From Mobula hypostoma (taxonomy: Eukaryota), in NCBI RefSeq assembly GCF_963921235.1, contig NC_086097.1:182158001-182222000 (forward strand): a stretch of DNA of 64,000 nucleotides. Direction: 5' to 3'. Every line of letters starts with the position of its first letter. The stretch's first letter is position 1. The position numbers were made by a program, and so were the translations under genes. Positions 25,276-39,115 of the stretch are shown piece by piece. The notes beneath the pieces were generated by a model that saw only the letters and a list, made by a program, of their open reading frames with translations, was not told the DNA's origin and did no database searches.

Positions 25276-25879
25276 TATACTGTATATCAGCTATCTTAGA
25301 TATCTATATTTATTCTGTTTTATTTACTAAAATATTCCTTTACCTTATTGTTTGTTTTGTGCTGTATTCAATCCAGAGTAACAATTATGTCATTCTCCTT
25401 TACAATTATTTACTGGAAATGACATTAAACAATCTTGAATCTTGAAATCAGCTACTTGCATTTCATTTTGGCTGCTGGATCTCACTGGTAAGGCTGCCTA
25501 TTTGTCCGTCAGAGTCAGTTTTGTTATACAGGTCAATGAGGTGGGAAAGTGGAGGAGCAGACCCAGTGACAACGAGCAGAGCAGAAAGAAACCGCCCGGG
25601 GAGAGCAGAGTATGCATGGGATGGGTGGTAGGTCGGGGAAGTGCGGCGGAAGAGACAATAAAAGGTTAGTGTGGCCTGAAGAGATTTGCTGGTATATTAG
25701 AGCAGACTTTGGTAGGTATTGGTGTAACTAATCATAGACCTTTGTGGGGGCTGGAACAGGTAATTGAGTATGGACGAGCAGAAGGCTGTGGCCTTTTTAA
25801 TGACCCTCACCATCCAGAACATGCCCTCTTCTCAGTACTACCATTGAGGAGGAAGTACAGGAGCCTGAAGACCCACACT

Positions 25880-26875
25880 CAGAATCCGAATCAGGTTTAT
25901 AATCACTGACATTCTTGTTTTGTGGTTGCAGTACAGTGCAAGACATGAAATTATTTTAAATTACGTATAATAATAAACATTGTAAAAGATGATAATGAAG
26001 TTCTGTTCATGGGCCGCTCAGAAATCTGATAGTAGAGAGGAAGAAGCTACCTTAAAACATTGACTGTGGGTCTTCAGGCTCCTGGCCAATGGTATTAATA
26101 AGAGGGCATGTGTCGGATAGCATGGGTCCTTATGATGGATGTGGGGAAAGTTGTGCCCATGGTGAAGCTGGCTGAGTCTATAACTCCTCTGTAGCCTCCT
26201 TGCAATTCTGTATGTTGAACCTTCATACCAGGTGGCGACGCAAGACGCAACCAGTCAGAATGCTCTCCACCGTACATCTTAAAAAATTGCTGGAGTCTTT
26301 GATTACGTACCAAATCTTCTCAAACTCCCAGTGGAGTGGAGTCACTGGTGTGCCTTCTTCATGATTGCATCAATGGGTTGGGCTCAGAATAGATCCTCTG
26401 AGAGCTTTCCCCCACTGGCCCCTCAATGAGGATTGGTTTGTGTGTTCTCCTGACCTTCCCTCCCCGAAGTCCACAGTTACGCTGACACTGAATGCAAGGT
26501 TATTGTTGCACACCCCTCAACCAGCCGATCTATCTTACTCTTGTACACCTTCTCGTTGCCATTTGAGATTCTGCCAACAACAATGGTGTCATTAGCGAAT
26601 CTATAGAAGGCATTTGAACTGTGCCGAGCCACACATTCATGAGTGTAGAGAGAGAGTAGAGCAGTGGGCTAAGCTTGCATCCTTGCTGTGTGCCTGTATT
26701 GATTGTCAGTGAGGAGGATATGTGATCATCGATCCAAACGGCATGTGACCCTACGGTGAGGAAGTTGAGGATCCAATTGCAGAGGGAGGTACTGAGGAAC
26801 AGGTTTTGATGCTTGTTAATTGGTAGTGTGGGGATGATGGTATTGAGTACTGAGGTATAATCCATAAACAGCAAC
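25880..26875 (-). mobile_element. Rex1/Babar LINE with RT, nested inside a + strand copy of the same type (~25795-25880 and ~26876-27060)
   Basis: The ORF reads MLFMDYTSVLNTIIP...LCNWILNFLT...INTGTQQGCKLSPLLYSL. The flanking halves rejoin as ctgaagacccacactc...ttaagaaacagcttc. Confidence 0.8.
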
Positions 26876-28394
26876 TCGATGTTAAGAAACAGCTTCTAGC
26901 GCTGCACCGTCATCTTCTTGAACAGTCCATGAGCACTACCTTGTTACTGCTCTCTTGTACTGATCAGTTCCTTTTGTAGCTATGGTAATGTTTATATCTT
27001 TGCACTGTGGTGCTGAAGTAAAACAACAAGTTTCACAACATAATAAACCTGATTCTGATGCGGGGTGAGCTACGGGGGCCAGGTAAAGGTGGACCAGAAT
27101 AAGGGATGAACAATGGAGGCAAGGCAAGACAACAGAGAGGTAATACAAAGCTGGGTGCAAGGGGATAGCTTTGGGTAAAGTACAGCACTCCACGTTGCTT
27201 GAGTTGTACTGAGGTCCCAGGGAAATGAAATGTGTAAAATTAAAACAGAAAATGCTGGAGTACTTGGCAGATAAAACATGATGTGTGAAGAGAGAATTTT
27301 AACTTTTTTCTCTCTCTACAGGTGCTGCCTGGCATACAGAATGTTTCCAGCAGTTTCTGATTTTATTCCAGTATTTGCAGTTTTTTTTGGTGTTTAGGGT
27401 CCTTTGAGTTAGTCAAAGACATGGATGGTAGCAGAGAAAGCCGGGTAGCAGAGAAAGCCGGGTGGCAGGGTTAGTGTTCGATTTAGTTCCATGAGCTGGC
27501 TATCTGTGGCCAGTGCAGTGTATATTGCCCATTTACAATGTTCTGGAGAAGGAGGTGGTGAAGTTCTGGGATAGTGAATGGGGCATATTGTTTCTCTCCA
27601 ACCTTCATGTTCTGGTAATGAAGGCTCACCTCCACGTAAAGGTTTGTATCTCTATCACAGAATTGTCACCACCTTCTCTCATTGCCACAGCAGGTAAGGT
27701 CAAAAGGCCGTCCTATTTCAGCTGAGGACATGAGCAAGTTCTGCCTTCAGGATGCCTGGAATCACAGAGGATTAGTCATGTAAAGCACCTCATGAATACA
27801 TTCAGACCATGCAGGATCCTGCTGACACATCAGGGTCAGGCCCAAAGCTCTTTAAATATTTAAATCTCATTGATCTACAAATTAAAGCCACCGATTCTGT
27901 CTAATTTAATTAGAGCTCTTGAGTTTTCCACACAGACAAGAGGAACTGGAATACTGAATCACCATGTATTACCACAACACACAAAGGATCAAAGCTTACA
28001 CAACTACTTTTTGCCAGTTTCATCCAATTAATGGAGGATTGTTTCACAATAATCTAATCAAACGGAGAAGGTACCAGGATCAAAGGTAGCCTATGCTATC
28101 ATTACCCACCCCCCCCCCACCCCCAGAGCTAGTAACAAAGCTCTTTATTCAGCTGGGGAGCTACTGCGATCCATTACAAAAGCAAGAACCTGTGGGTGCT
28201 GAGTCTGAACTGAAACTGGACAAAGCCAGCAGTTGAAGCACCTGCCACCTCTTGATATTCAACACTCAAGAACCACCACTAGCCAAAATTGCATGGAGCT
28301 ACTCACTCAGCACTGTAGCTGCAGGAACAGCCAGAGGCAGTGATCCATTGCCTGACTTCTCAAAGCGTTTATGTTGTCTAGGGTATACATATGG

Positions 28395-29205
28395 ATTCAT
28401 TCTTAGCAGTGTGGATGAACAAAGGGACCATGGGGTCCACATTCATTATTCCCTTAAAGTTGTCACACTGTTGATAGCGTGGTTAAAAGGGTATATGGTT
28501 GCAGATTGAAGTACAATTACTGCTTTATAAAACTCTAATTAGACCACACTCAGAATATTGTGTTCAGTTATGGTAGCCTTGTTATAGAAAGTATGTAGAA
28601 ACTTTAGAGAGGGTGCAGAAGAGGTTTACTGCGATGCTACCTGAATGGGAGAACATGATTTGAGAGGAAAAATTGAACAAGCTAGTGTTTTCTCTTTGAA
28701 GCAATGGAGAATGAGAGACAACTTGATAGCGGTATATATGATTATGAAAGGCACAGTTGGAGTGAGCAGACTGCATCTTCTTCCCAAGGCAGTAATGGGC
28801 AATTCCGGAGGACATCTGTAGAAGTATGAGTAGAAGGGGAGAATTCAGAGGTAGGATTTTACACAGAGAGTGGTTGGTGCACTGCTGGGGGTGGTGGTAG
28901 AAGCTAATACAATAGGGATATTTAAGTCACTCTCAGGCACATGGAAGTAAGAAAAATGGAGGGTTATGGACTGTAGGAAGGAAGTGATTGATCAAAGCAA
29001 CACTCACAACACGCTGGAGGAACTCGGCAGGTCGGGCAACATCCGTGGAAACAATGAGTCGACGATTCGGGCCAGAACCCTTCATCAGGACTGAAGAGGG
29101 AAGGGGCAGAGGCCCTATAAAGTGATTGATCATAGAGCAGGTTTATGTAGGTCGGCATAACATTGTGGGCCGAAGGACCTGTACTGTGCTATGCTATTCT
29201 ATCTT
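28395..29205 (+). mobile_element. CR1 LINE 3' fragment, interrupted at 28995-29119
   Basis: It contains the RT C-terminal pattern and the 3' end ggccgaaggacctgtactgtgctatgctattctat. Confidence 0.8.
28995..29119 (-). mobile_element. Short hammerhead-bearing Penelope-derived insertion with a 13-bp TSD AAGTGATTGATCA
   Basis: The TSD lies at 28982-28994 and 29120-29132. The minus strand reads cagtc-CTGATGA-agggttctggccc-GAAT-cgtc-gactc. Confidence 0.8.
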
Positions 29206-30052
29206 CATTGGTAGAAGATAGAAATTGTGTACAAAACGGAAAGCTGCTTGTGAGGATGCTGGTGTCCTTTACCCCTTCACTTCCCTTCTGAGTACATGTG
29301 GAGATGGTTGCTGCCTCTTTGCTCCATGGCCTGTTGCTGTGCACATTCCTTCTTCAAATGTGGGCAACCATTATGTGGCATTCCCAGCTCTGGCGCCAGG
29401 GAGGAAATATCTCCCCTTGGATTATTTTGTTTTTTTGATTATTTTGTCATTCCTAACCCCATTCTGTATACCTGAGTCCCCCTCAGGACTCTGGACCTGA
29501 CTCCTTACTCCACCTCTCCCCCGAGGAACTGTTGTCTTCTCAATGTTCAGAGAGACTGTAGAATGCCGGTCTGGTTCTCATTCTCACTCTGTCTGCAACC
29601 CCTTTTGCTGTGCTTCTACTTCTAGAATTATTTATTTATCTATCTGTCCATTTATTTATTGATTGATACGTACATACAGCCTGGTGTCAGGCCTTTCTGG
29701 CCCAAAGAGCCTGTGCTGCTCAATTTATCCAAAGAACACTTGGCCTTTGCTTTTGTGGTTGCCCAGTACAACCCTGGATTTCCCATGTGACACAGGATTT
29801 GCATTTATTGGGTCTGAGGAGTAATAATATATGATACCTGTTAACCCCTTCACCAATTTTCTAAGCTTACCCAATTCTTAACTTGTTCAACGACTCAATG
29901 CAAAGCTTTTTATTCACCTTTAAAGCCAACCAAAGTCCCCAAATGCAAGTTATCTCTGATGACAGGTTCAAGGAACCACTTCCTGGTGACCACATCACTA
30001 ACTGTTACTGCACGACTGTTGTTTGTTATTAACTAACACTGTAAAATAAATT

Positions 30053-30976
30053 AGAACCATAGAACCATAGAAACTACAGCACAGAAACAGGCCTTTTGGC
30101 CCTTCTTGGCTGTGCCGAACCATTTTCTGCCTAGTCCCACTGACCTGCACACAGGCCATATCCCTCCATACACCTCCCATCCATGTATCTGCCCAATTTA
30201 TTGTTAAATGTTAAAAAAGAACCCGCATTTACCACCTCGTCTGGCAGCTCATTCCATACTCCCACCACTCTCTGTGTGAAGAAGCCCGCCCTAATGTTCC
30301 CTTTAAACTTCTCCCCCCTCACCCTTAACCCATGTCCTCTGGTTTTTTTCTCCCCTTGCCTCAGTGGAAAAAGCCTGCTTGCATTCACTCTATCTATACC
30401 CATCATAATTTTATATACCTCTATCAAATCTCCCCTCATTCTTCTACGCTCCAGGGAATAAAGTCCCAACCTATTCAACCTTTCTCTGTAACTGAATTTC
30501 TCAAGTCCTGGCAACATCCTCGTAAATCTTCTCTGCACTCTTTCAACCTTATTTATATCCTTCCTGTAATTTGGTGACCAAAACTGAACACAATACTCCA
30601 GATTCGGCCTCACCAATGCCTTATACAACCTCATCATAACATTCCAGCTCTTATACTCAGTACTTCGATTAATAAAGGCCAATTTATCAAAAGCTCTCTT
30701 TACGACCCTATCTACCTGTGACACCACTTTTAGGGAATTTTGTATCTGTATTCCCAGATCCCTCTGTTCCACTGCACTCCTCAGTGCCTTACCATTAACC
30801 CTGTATGTTCTACCTTGGTTTGTCCTTCCAACGTGCAATACCTCACACTTGTCTGCATTAAACTCCATCTGCCATTTTTCAGCCCATTTTTCCAGCTGGT
30901 CCAAGTCCCTCTGCAGGCTCTGAAAACCTTCCTCGCTGTCTACTACACCTCCAATCTTTGTATCATCAGCAAAATT
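30053..30976 (-). mobile_element. Young 5'-truncated CR1 LINE
   Basis: An uninterrupted 257-aa RT C-terminus (30131-30904; WQMEFNADKCEVLH...LEYCVQFWSP...FFTQRVV) is followed by an octamer tail, (agaaccat)2 on the + strand. Confidence 0.93.
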
Positions 30977-31039
30977 GTTGTTAATATCTCCAGAAACACT
31001 GGAGGATCAAGGGTCCAGTGCAAACAAGGAAATAAAAAG

Positions 31040-33300
31040 CTAAATATTAGTAAAGAAGTAGTATTTGAGAAGGTAATGAGCCTGAAAACTGATAAATCCA
31101 AAGTATCTAATGATCTACATTCCCAAGCTTTGAAAGTGGTGGCTGTGGAGTTATTGGATGCTCTGTTTATTATATTCTAAAATTCTATAGATTCCAGACT
31201 GGTTTAGGAAGACTTGGAAGGTAGCAAGTGTAACCCTACAACTTAAGAAAGTAAGGAGAGGGAAAGTGGAGGACTGGTGATCTATGAGCCGGGAATCAGT
31301 TGTAGGGAAAATGCTGAAAGGATGTGCGACATAAAGATACCAAAAATAACATTAGAAAAAAGCCATCAAGTAATACAGCATGGAAACAGACCCTTCGGAC
31401 AACTCATCAGTGCTGACCACGTTGTCACCACTCTACTTTGATTGAGCAGAGAAATACGGATCTATGAAAGTCAAATATCTTTGGCAGAGTTGTTAGGGTT
31501 GAGTACATATGAGACAGAGAGCATGAGGGAGAAACAATGGATCTGAAATATTTGGATTTTCAGAAGTGTTTTTGACAAGGTCCCACTCAGGGTGGACATG
31601 GTTAAAGTGCTGCACATGGAACTCAAGAAACATAGCAGTGCTGATGTTATTGCGTTAGTAAGTATGAAACAGCAAGTAGGAATAGACAGGTCCTTCCCTG
31701 GTTGACTAGGGGATTACTGCCAGGACCCAGCTATTCATGGACTAACTCGGTAGTTTGGTAAGAACATCAAATATTTTGATTTAAAGTTTACTGATGTGAT
31801 ATAACTTAAGTGAAAGTAGTTTGTGGTGATAAGGATGCAAAGAGGCTTCGGAGATAAAAGACAAGCAAGTAGGCAGATGAAGTACTGTGTGGAACATATT
31901 TAGTGACCTACTTTGGTGGGATAACTGGAAAGGGTGAGAGATTAGGAAATATTGACGTTTGGAGGAACTAGGGTGTTGTACACATCATTGAAAGATCACA
32001 AGCAGGTCCAGAAGGCAATTGAGGTGGCAAGTGGTATCATATAAAAAAACAGAAGAGAACTGGGCCCTTATGTCTAATCTCATCCATGTAGACCTTGAGG
32101 CCTATTTACTCTAGTCCCATTAGTCCTGTGGTCTATCCAAATACCTGTCCAATGCCTTCTAAACATTGAAATTATACCCACTTTTACCACTTCCTCTGAT
32201 AGCTCAATCCAAATACTCACCATTTCTGTGTGAAAAACCTGTCCATCAGATCTCCTTTAAATGTCTCCCTCTCACCTTAAACCTGTGCTGTCTAGTTTTT
32301 TGACACTTCTGTTAAGGGGGAAAAAATCCATTTTCTATCCTAGCTGTGCCTCATAATTTTGTACTGATCTCACTATTATTACCAGAATCAGGTTGATTGT
32401 CACTGATATAAGTGATGAAATTTGTTGTTTTGTGGCAACAGTACAGTGCAGGCATAACAAATTATGATAAAAGTAGATACATAAATAGTGAAAAAGTACC
32501 AAATCACCCCCTCCCCCTAATTACTTTGCTCGTCCTTCTGAAATGCTGAATATCTTTGAACATTCGGAGCTTAGCCCTCGTCCTCCAGCAGCCACATCTC
32601 TGTAGCGGTAATTGAACAGTAGTATTCACCTGTCTTCATCTGCCGCATTGTGAGCACTGGCAACATTTGATTGGATGCCTCTAATGTCCCTGTTTTAACA
32701 CCTTTCTGTACTTTGGCCTTATTTGATGTGTAAAAGATTGGAGACTGGATTCAGGGTAACAGAGAGATACGGTGATTGTCGGATGGGAGGGGAAACAAAT
32801 ATTCAAGAAATCAACAGGGTCCTAGTAAGCAGAATGCTTCAATTGTGGGAAATGATCTTGACTCAGAATGTCATGATGTTGAACTAGCATCATTTTGGGT
32901 TGAGCTAAGACCAATAAAGGACAAAATTATTGGCAGGAGTTACTTACAGATCTACAAATTGTTGAAGTAATAATTGGGCATGGCATAAATCAGCAAACTA
33001 GATGGGGGTGTAATAATGTGGACAGTAATTATAGAAGATTTTAATCTACATGTATACTGGACAAGTCAAATTAAGAGAAATAACTACTGAAACTACTGAT
33101 CTGTTAGCCTTCCATCAGTGGTAGGGAACATGCTGGAATCTGAAATGAAGAATCTAATTCCGAACAACTTAAAAAGAATAATAACATTTAGCAGTGTTAA
33201 TATGGATTTATGAAAGAGCAATCAAGTTTGACTAGTCTGCTGGAGTTCCTGAAGGATATAAGGCTTAGATTAGATAATGAGGCATGTTGAGGATGTATTA
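31040..33300 (+). mobile_element. Highly degraded CR1 ORF2 fragments with nested short antisense CR1 and Rex1 tails
   Basis: Remnants include KVMSLKTDKS...LKVVAVELLDAL, tttggattttcagaag (LDFQK) and SFWVELR. Nested tails lie at ~31370-31430, ~32045-32365 and ~32383-32490. Confidence 0.65.
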
Positions 33301-33307
33301 GGATTAG

Positions 33308-34300
33308 AGCCATAGAGTACTACTACACAGAAGCTGACCCTTTAGCCCATCTAGCCCATGCTGATTTGATCTGCTTATTAGTCCCATCTACTCACACCTG
33401 GGCCAAAGCCCTCTATACCTCAGTCATCCATGTAACTATCCAAACTGCTCTTAAATGTTTCAATTCAACCTGCATCTATCACTTCCACTGGCAGCTCATT
33501 CCACACTCACACCACCCTCTAAGTTAAATATTTCACCTTTCACCCTAAACGTTTGGCTCCTAGTTCAAATCTCACCTAACCTCAGGGGAAAAAGCCTGCA
33601 AGCATTCACCCTCTCTATACATCTCATAATTTTTGTATTTCCATAGGATCTCTCCTCATTCTCCTGCACTCCAGTGAATAAAGTCCGAACCTATTCAAAC
33701 TTTCTTTATACCCAGCTCAAGTCCCAGCAACATCCTCGTATATTTTTTCTGCCCTTTCAAGCTTATTGATAACTCTCTTGTAGGTAAGTGACCAGAACTG
33801 AACATAATGTGCCAAATTCAGCCTCATCATTGCATTATACAACTTCAACATAATATCCTAACTCTGTACTCAGTGCTTTTAGACCCTATCTACCTGTAAT
33901 GCCACCTTCAGGGAATTTTGGGTCTGTATTCCCAGTCCCTTTGTTCTACCGCACACCTTGGTACCCTAGCATTCACTGTGTACATCTTACGCTGCTTTGT
34001 CCTTTCAAAGTGTAACACCTCACACTTCACTGCATTAAATTGCAGTTTCCCAGCTGGTCTTGATCACGCTGCAGGCTTTGATAGCCGTCCTTGCTGTTTG
34101 TAGTGCCTCCATTCTTGGTATCATCCATAATTTTGCTGATCCAGTTTATCATATTATCATCTAGATCATTAATATTGATGGTAAATGATAATCCTTCCGG
34201 CACACCGCTAGTCACAGGCCCCCAGTCAGAGAGGCAGCCAAATAATACCACTCTGACTTCTTCAGCGAAGCCAATGTTGAATCCAGTTGACTACTTCATC
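33308..34300 (-). mobile_element. CR1 LINE 3' fragment
   Basis: ORF remnant DWGPVTSGVPEG...INDLDD...KIMDDTK together with an antisense CR1 terminus. Confidence 0.8.
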
Positions 34301-35260
34301 CTGAAAACTGGCTACTTCATTCCTGAAATACTCACACATAAGGTTGGTTAACAGGATTAGAACATGTGGAATTGAGAATGATGTAATGCTGTGGATTGAG
34401 AACTAGTTATTGCACAGAGAACAGAGTGGAAATAATCTGATCACTCTCAGGTTAGCAGGCTGTGGGTGGTGAGGAATCATACTTGGATCCCAATTACTCA
34501 TGATTTGGCCAGGAAAGCAAACTGTGTCATTTGCAAGTGTGCTGATGGCACTAACTGTTGTGAGTTCAGAGGTTGGAGGGGGTCTTCAAGTTCAAGTTTA
34601 TTGTTATCTGACTGTACTTATATACAACCAAGTGAAACAATATTGCTCTGGTGGTCTTGAATGGGATGTACACAGCTTGGGAGAGGGGGGAAAACAAGGC
34701 CAATGGAACATAATATGGATAATGATAGTCATCAACTTTAATGAACATTACAGAAATTGAGTAATGTCAATGTTCATAGGCTGCTGGGTGCACACAACCA
34801 GGCTTGTGCAGCTGATGAGCTTCATTCCATCCACACTCTGTGCCTGGTCTCTGCTTGTTGTGGATTTGCTTTCTTGAGCTGCTTGGTGTGGGGGTAGGAT
34901 GTTCATCTTGTGAGAAGCTTGAGGAGCAGCTGGAGTTTGCCTGCTCTTTGCCATTGGATAATAGTGCCCTCCTGGCACTTCAAAGGAAAACCTCCCTTGG
35001 TGTCTGAGCCTTAAGGCACCAAGTGAGTCCTTTGGCCAGCTTCTCCATCCTGACCATGTCTGCCTCATCCTCAACCGAGTGCCTGCATTTGGTTGTGTTG
35101 TCTAAACATAGTAATGGTGCTCACCTCCATCACTTCCTCTACATCTTGCTCCATGTATGCATCATGGGGTGGAAATTGCTCCTCAGGGCTACACACATAC
35201 AACTTTCTTCAGGCTCTGCTCAGCATGATAAGCAGGGTCAGAGGAATGGCTGCTGCTCCT

Positions 35261-38200
35261 TGTTGTGTTTTGTAACTCCAAAACATAAAACTAATTAAAA
35301 GCAAAAACATAGAGCCATGTGTACTCTTAGTTTTTACTTTAATCAAGGGGCATGCATATGATGTGGTGGTGTGATGATGTATGCCACGCACACACTTTCA
35401 CATCTGGAACATGGCAAACTTCACTAAATAACCATATAACCATATAACAATTACAGCACGGAAACAGGCCATCTCGGCCCTTCTAGTCCATGCCGAACTC
35501 TTACTCTCACCTAGTCCCACCGACCTGCACTCAGACCATAACCCTCCATTCCTTTCCTAACCATATATCTATCCAATTTAACTTTAAACGACAACGTTGA
35601 ACCTGCCTCAACCACTTCTGCTGGAAGCTCGTTCCACACAGCTACCACTCTTTGAGTAAAGAAGTTCCCCCTTCATGTTACCCCTAAACTTTTGAACTTT
35701 AACTCTCAACTCATGTCCTCTTGTTTGAATCTTCCCCACTCTCAATGGAAAAAGCCTATCCACGTCAACTCTATCAATCCCCTTCATAATTTAAAAAACC
35801 TCTATCAAGTCCCCCCTCAACCTTCTACGCTCCAAAGAATAAAGACCTAACTTGTTCAACCTTTCTCTGTAACTTAGGAGATGAAACCCAGGCAACATTT
35901 TAGTAAACCTCCTCTGTACTCTCTCAATTTTTTATTGACATCTTTCCTATAATTCAGTGACCAGAACTGTACACAATACTCCAAATTTGGCCTTACCAAT
36001 GCCCTGTGCAATTTCAACATTACATCCCAATTCCTATACTCAATGCTCTGATTAATAAAGGCCAGCATACCAAAAGTTTTCTTCACCACCCTATCCACAT
36101 GAGATTCCACCTTCAGGGAACTATGCACCATTATTCCTAGATCCCTCTGTTCTACTGCATTCTTCAATGCCCTACTATTTACCATGTATGTCCTATTTTG
36201 ATTAGTCCTACCAAAATGTAGCACCTCACATTTTTCAGCATTAAACTCCATCTGCCATCTTTCAGCCCACTCTTCTAACTGGCCTAAATTTTTGAAAACC
36301 TTAGTAGTGGCCTCACCACCACCAACCCTATATATATCAAACCTTAAAACCCTATAAATATATAAAAACAGCAGAGCAGAGATGGCTGAAGTTTCTGGGA
36401 ATAGTTCAGGGGGTGCAGGGTAGATATGTCCCACAGAGGAAGAAGTTCTCAAATGGCAGGGGTAGGCATCCGTGGCTGACAAGAAAAGTTAAGGAAATGA
36501 TGTGAACCATAATGTGTACAGTGTTAGACATCACCATTTCCTTTACCTCTTGGAAAGCCACTTCATACTGCTTTGTCTGTTACCATTTCTTCCTGATTGA
36601 TCGTAATGAGTTCAAGGGATGCAACACAGTAGCCAGGTTTGGCAGGAGCTTGTTATAGTAATTGACAAATCCTAAAAAGGACTTCAACTGTGACTCATCA
36701 TTTGGTCTTGAGGCATCCATCACTGCTTGAATTTTCTCAGCACATGAGTAATTCTTGTGCAGCAATGGTGTTACCACAGTAAGTAATGTTTAATTTAAAA
36801 CATTCGCTTGTTGTGTCATGCTCTGATCACATAATATTCTAATCTTTTTAATGCTTTCTTGAGATTATGGAGATGTCATCCTTAATGGTAACAGTGATGT
36901 CATATAGGTAGCACTGAGTACCTGGACAGCCTTGCAGCACCTGGTCCATAGCTTTCTGCCAGAGTGCAGGTGTAGCTGCTACTCCAAAAATAAGCCTATT
37001 ATACTGAGAAAGCCCTTAATGAGTGTTTATGGTGAAAAACACTTTGGACTCTTCTTCGATCTCCATCTGTAGGTAGACCTCAACTAAGTCCAATTTACTG
37101 AAGTATTTCCCTCCAGAAAGGTTTGCAAAGATATTCTCTATCCTGCGCAGAGGGTATTGATCTCATTTTTGTTCTGGGTTTATGGTGACCTCAAAATCAC
37201 CACAGATCCTGACAGGCCCATCTTTCTTGGGCACGGATGTTGCCCACTCAACCTTGGAAAGAATTTCTTCGGCCTCCATGTGGTCTAGATCACTGGCTAC
37301 TTTATCATGGGTGGTATAAGGAACTGGATGGGCTTTATAAAACTGGATGTGGTGTTTTCATTTAACGCTATTTTACCCTTTATATGCTTATGTTTACAAT
37401 ACCACCCTTGTACACTACTGTGGCATCATTCAGTACCTTTCTTAATATGCTTTCAGTTGACTATTGGAGGGGATGTGTCATCAAATTGTGGATGGGTCTC
37501 CAATCAAGTTGTACTTGTCTCAGCCACTCATGGCCTCACGATGCTAGCCCTCCTGACTTTACCACATGCAAGCTCAATGTGGCTTGTTGGTTGTTGTAAT
37601 TTACTATTATGAATATCATTCCCACAGGAGTTAGCTTTCCTCTAGTATAAGTTCTTAGCTGAATATTTGCAGGCTTCAGTTCAGTTTCTTTGATATGCCG
37701 CTCAAACTCATTTTGTGGAATAACTAAACCAGCTGAGCCAGAGTCCAACTCCATTTTAATTAATTTGCTGTTCACTTTTGGTATAAGCCATATTGCTAGT
37801 CTATTGATTGTTTTTACATTGTAAATCTCAAGGCTACTCAGTCCTGTGTCATTCCATCATTCTCATATTTTTCAATAACAGCGTACAGATCAGTGCTCTT
37901 TTTGAAACTGCAACTTGACTTTTTATCTTCAACTCTTCCCTAAGTGAACTATTATTTTTGTTTGCCTGACATATTCTTTGTATGTGCCCTACTTTGTTGC
38001 ATTCTCTGCAAGTTTTGCCTTTAGATCTATGCTAGTCTAGTGTATGTGAGTCCTGCCACAATTATAACACAATTTGTTTGGTCAGACTGGTTTCTGTTTA
38101 GATGTTGCAATTTTGTTCATGCTCATTTTCATTCTTGACTGCAACTCAATTGTGTCCCTGTCTGCTGTTTCCATTGATACAGCTATTTCAATTGCTCTTT

Positions 38201-39115
38201 TAAATGTACCTGTAAGTTGTGCTTCAGTTGGGTGGCATTTTTGAATGCTTTCTTGTAAGATTCCACAAACTAAATGATCTCTCAGTGCATCATTAAGCCC
38301 ATTACCAAACGGACAATATTCAAATAACTGCTTCAATTCAGCCACATACACAGAAATTGTCTCCCTTTTGATTCCGCGTATGAACCCTGCATTCTGCAAT
38401 CAACAATAGTTTCGGTTCTAAATGTTTCACATTACTTTCATGATATTGGCAATGCTCATTTCGGCTATTTGGTTGGAGCAGTTAGACTTCTAAGATAACT
38501 ATATGCCTTTAAATCAAATTCATACAGCAAAATTGGCACTCGCTTGTGATTGGCTATTTCATTTGCTTCAATATAATGCTCAATTTGCTTGGTATACAAT
38601 ACCCAGTTATCTCTTGTGCAATTGAGCGCATCAATCTTTCCGATGTAGCTAGCCATTTCTACTTTTTAAAAAATTCATGATTATTATCCCTCACTGTTTA
38701 TGAACCCGTCATTCAGTCTGATTTTGCCTTTTTTAAAAATTCAACCATTTCTTCTTCCACCCTCCAAAGAGACAAGTGCTGCGCTGCTTTTTTAAAAAAA
38801 AACTGAATCGTCTCGCTGCACTTCCACAGGTAGGTGGTCGTCTTGGGTTCGTTTAGAACTTCTTTGTCACTACTGTTACGTTTTGTAACTCCAGAGCATA
38901 AAACTAATTAAAAACAAAAACACAGAGCTGGGAATAATGTATCTACTCTTACTTTAAGCAAAACATGCGCATATGACATTGTAGTGTGATGATATATGCC
39001 ACGCACACACTTTTATATATAATCTGCAAAAAATCATTGAAACAACAAAGAATATTTAATCAAACAATATTTTACCAGATTACTAAAATATTACTGAAAT
39101 ATTAAGTACAAAACA
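35261..39115 (-). mobile_element. Gypsy (Mag-like) LTR retrotransposon, decayed, with RNaseH and integrase deleted
   Basis: The element has TG...CA ends and a 5-bp TSD CTCCT (35256-35260, 39116-39120). The 5' LTR is 38874-39115 and a partial 3' LTR is 35261-~35403. Remnants include gag (MASYIGKID...WVLYTKQIEHY; ALRDHLVCGI), a zinc knuckle CRECNKVGHIQRIC (~37970-38015), protease KMELDSGS and RT (RICGDF...FSKLDL...LKSFLGFVNYY). Confidence 0.92.
35430..36290 (-). mobile_element. Young CR1 LINE 3' fragment nested in the Gypsy element
   Basis: The ORF reads LEEWAERWQMEFNAEKCEVLHFG...LEYCVQFWS and the tail is (accatata)n on the + strand. Confidence 0.9.

Noticed and set aside
27427..27460. 17-bp tandem duplication ggtagcagagaaagccg
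   Set aside because: This is an ordinary slippage duplication with no further structure.
35874..36482. 202-aa ORF as a novel fusion gene
   Set aside because: It is a chance read-through from filler sequence into a CR1 RT fragment.
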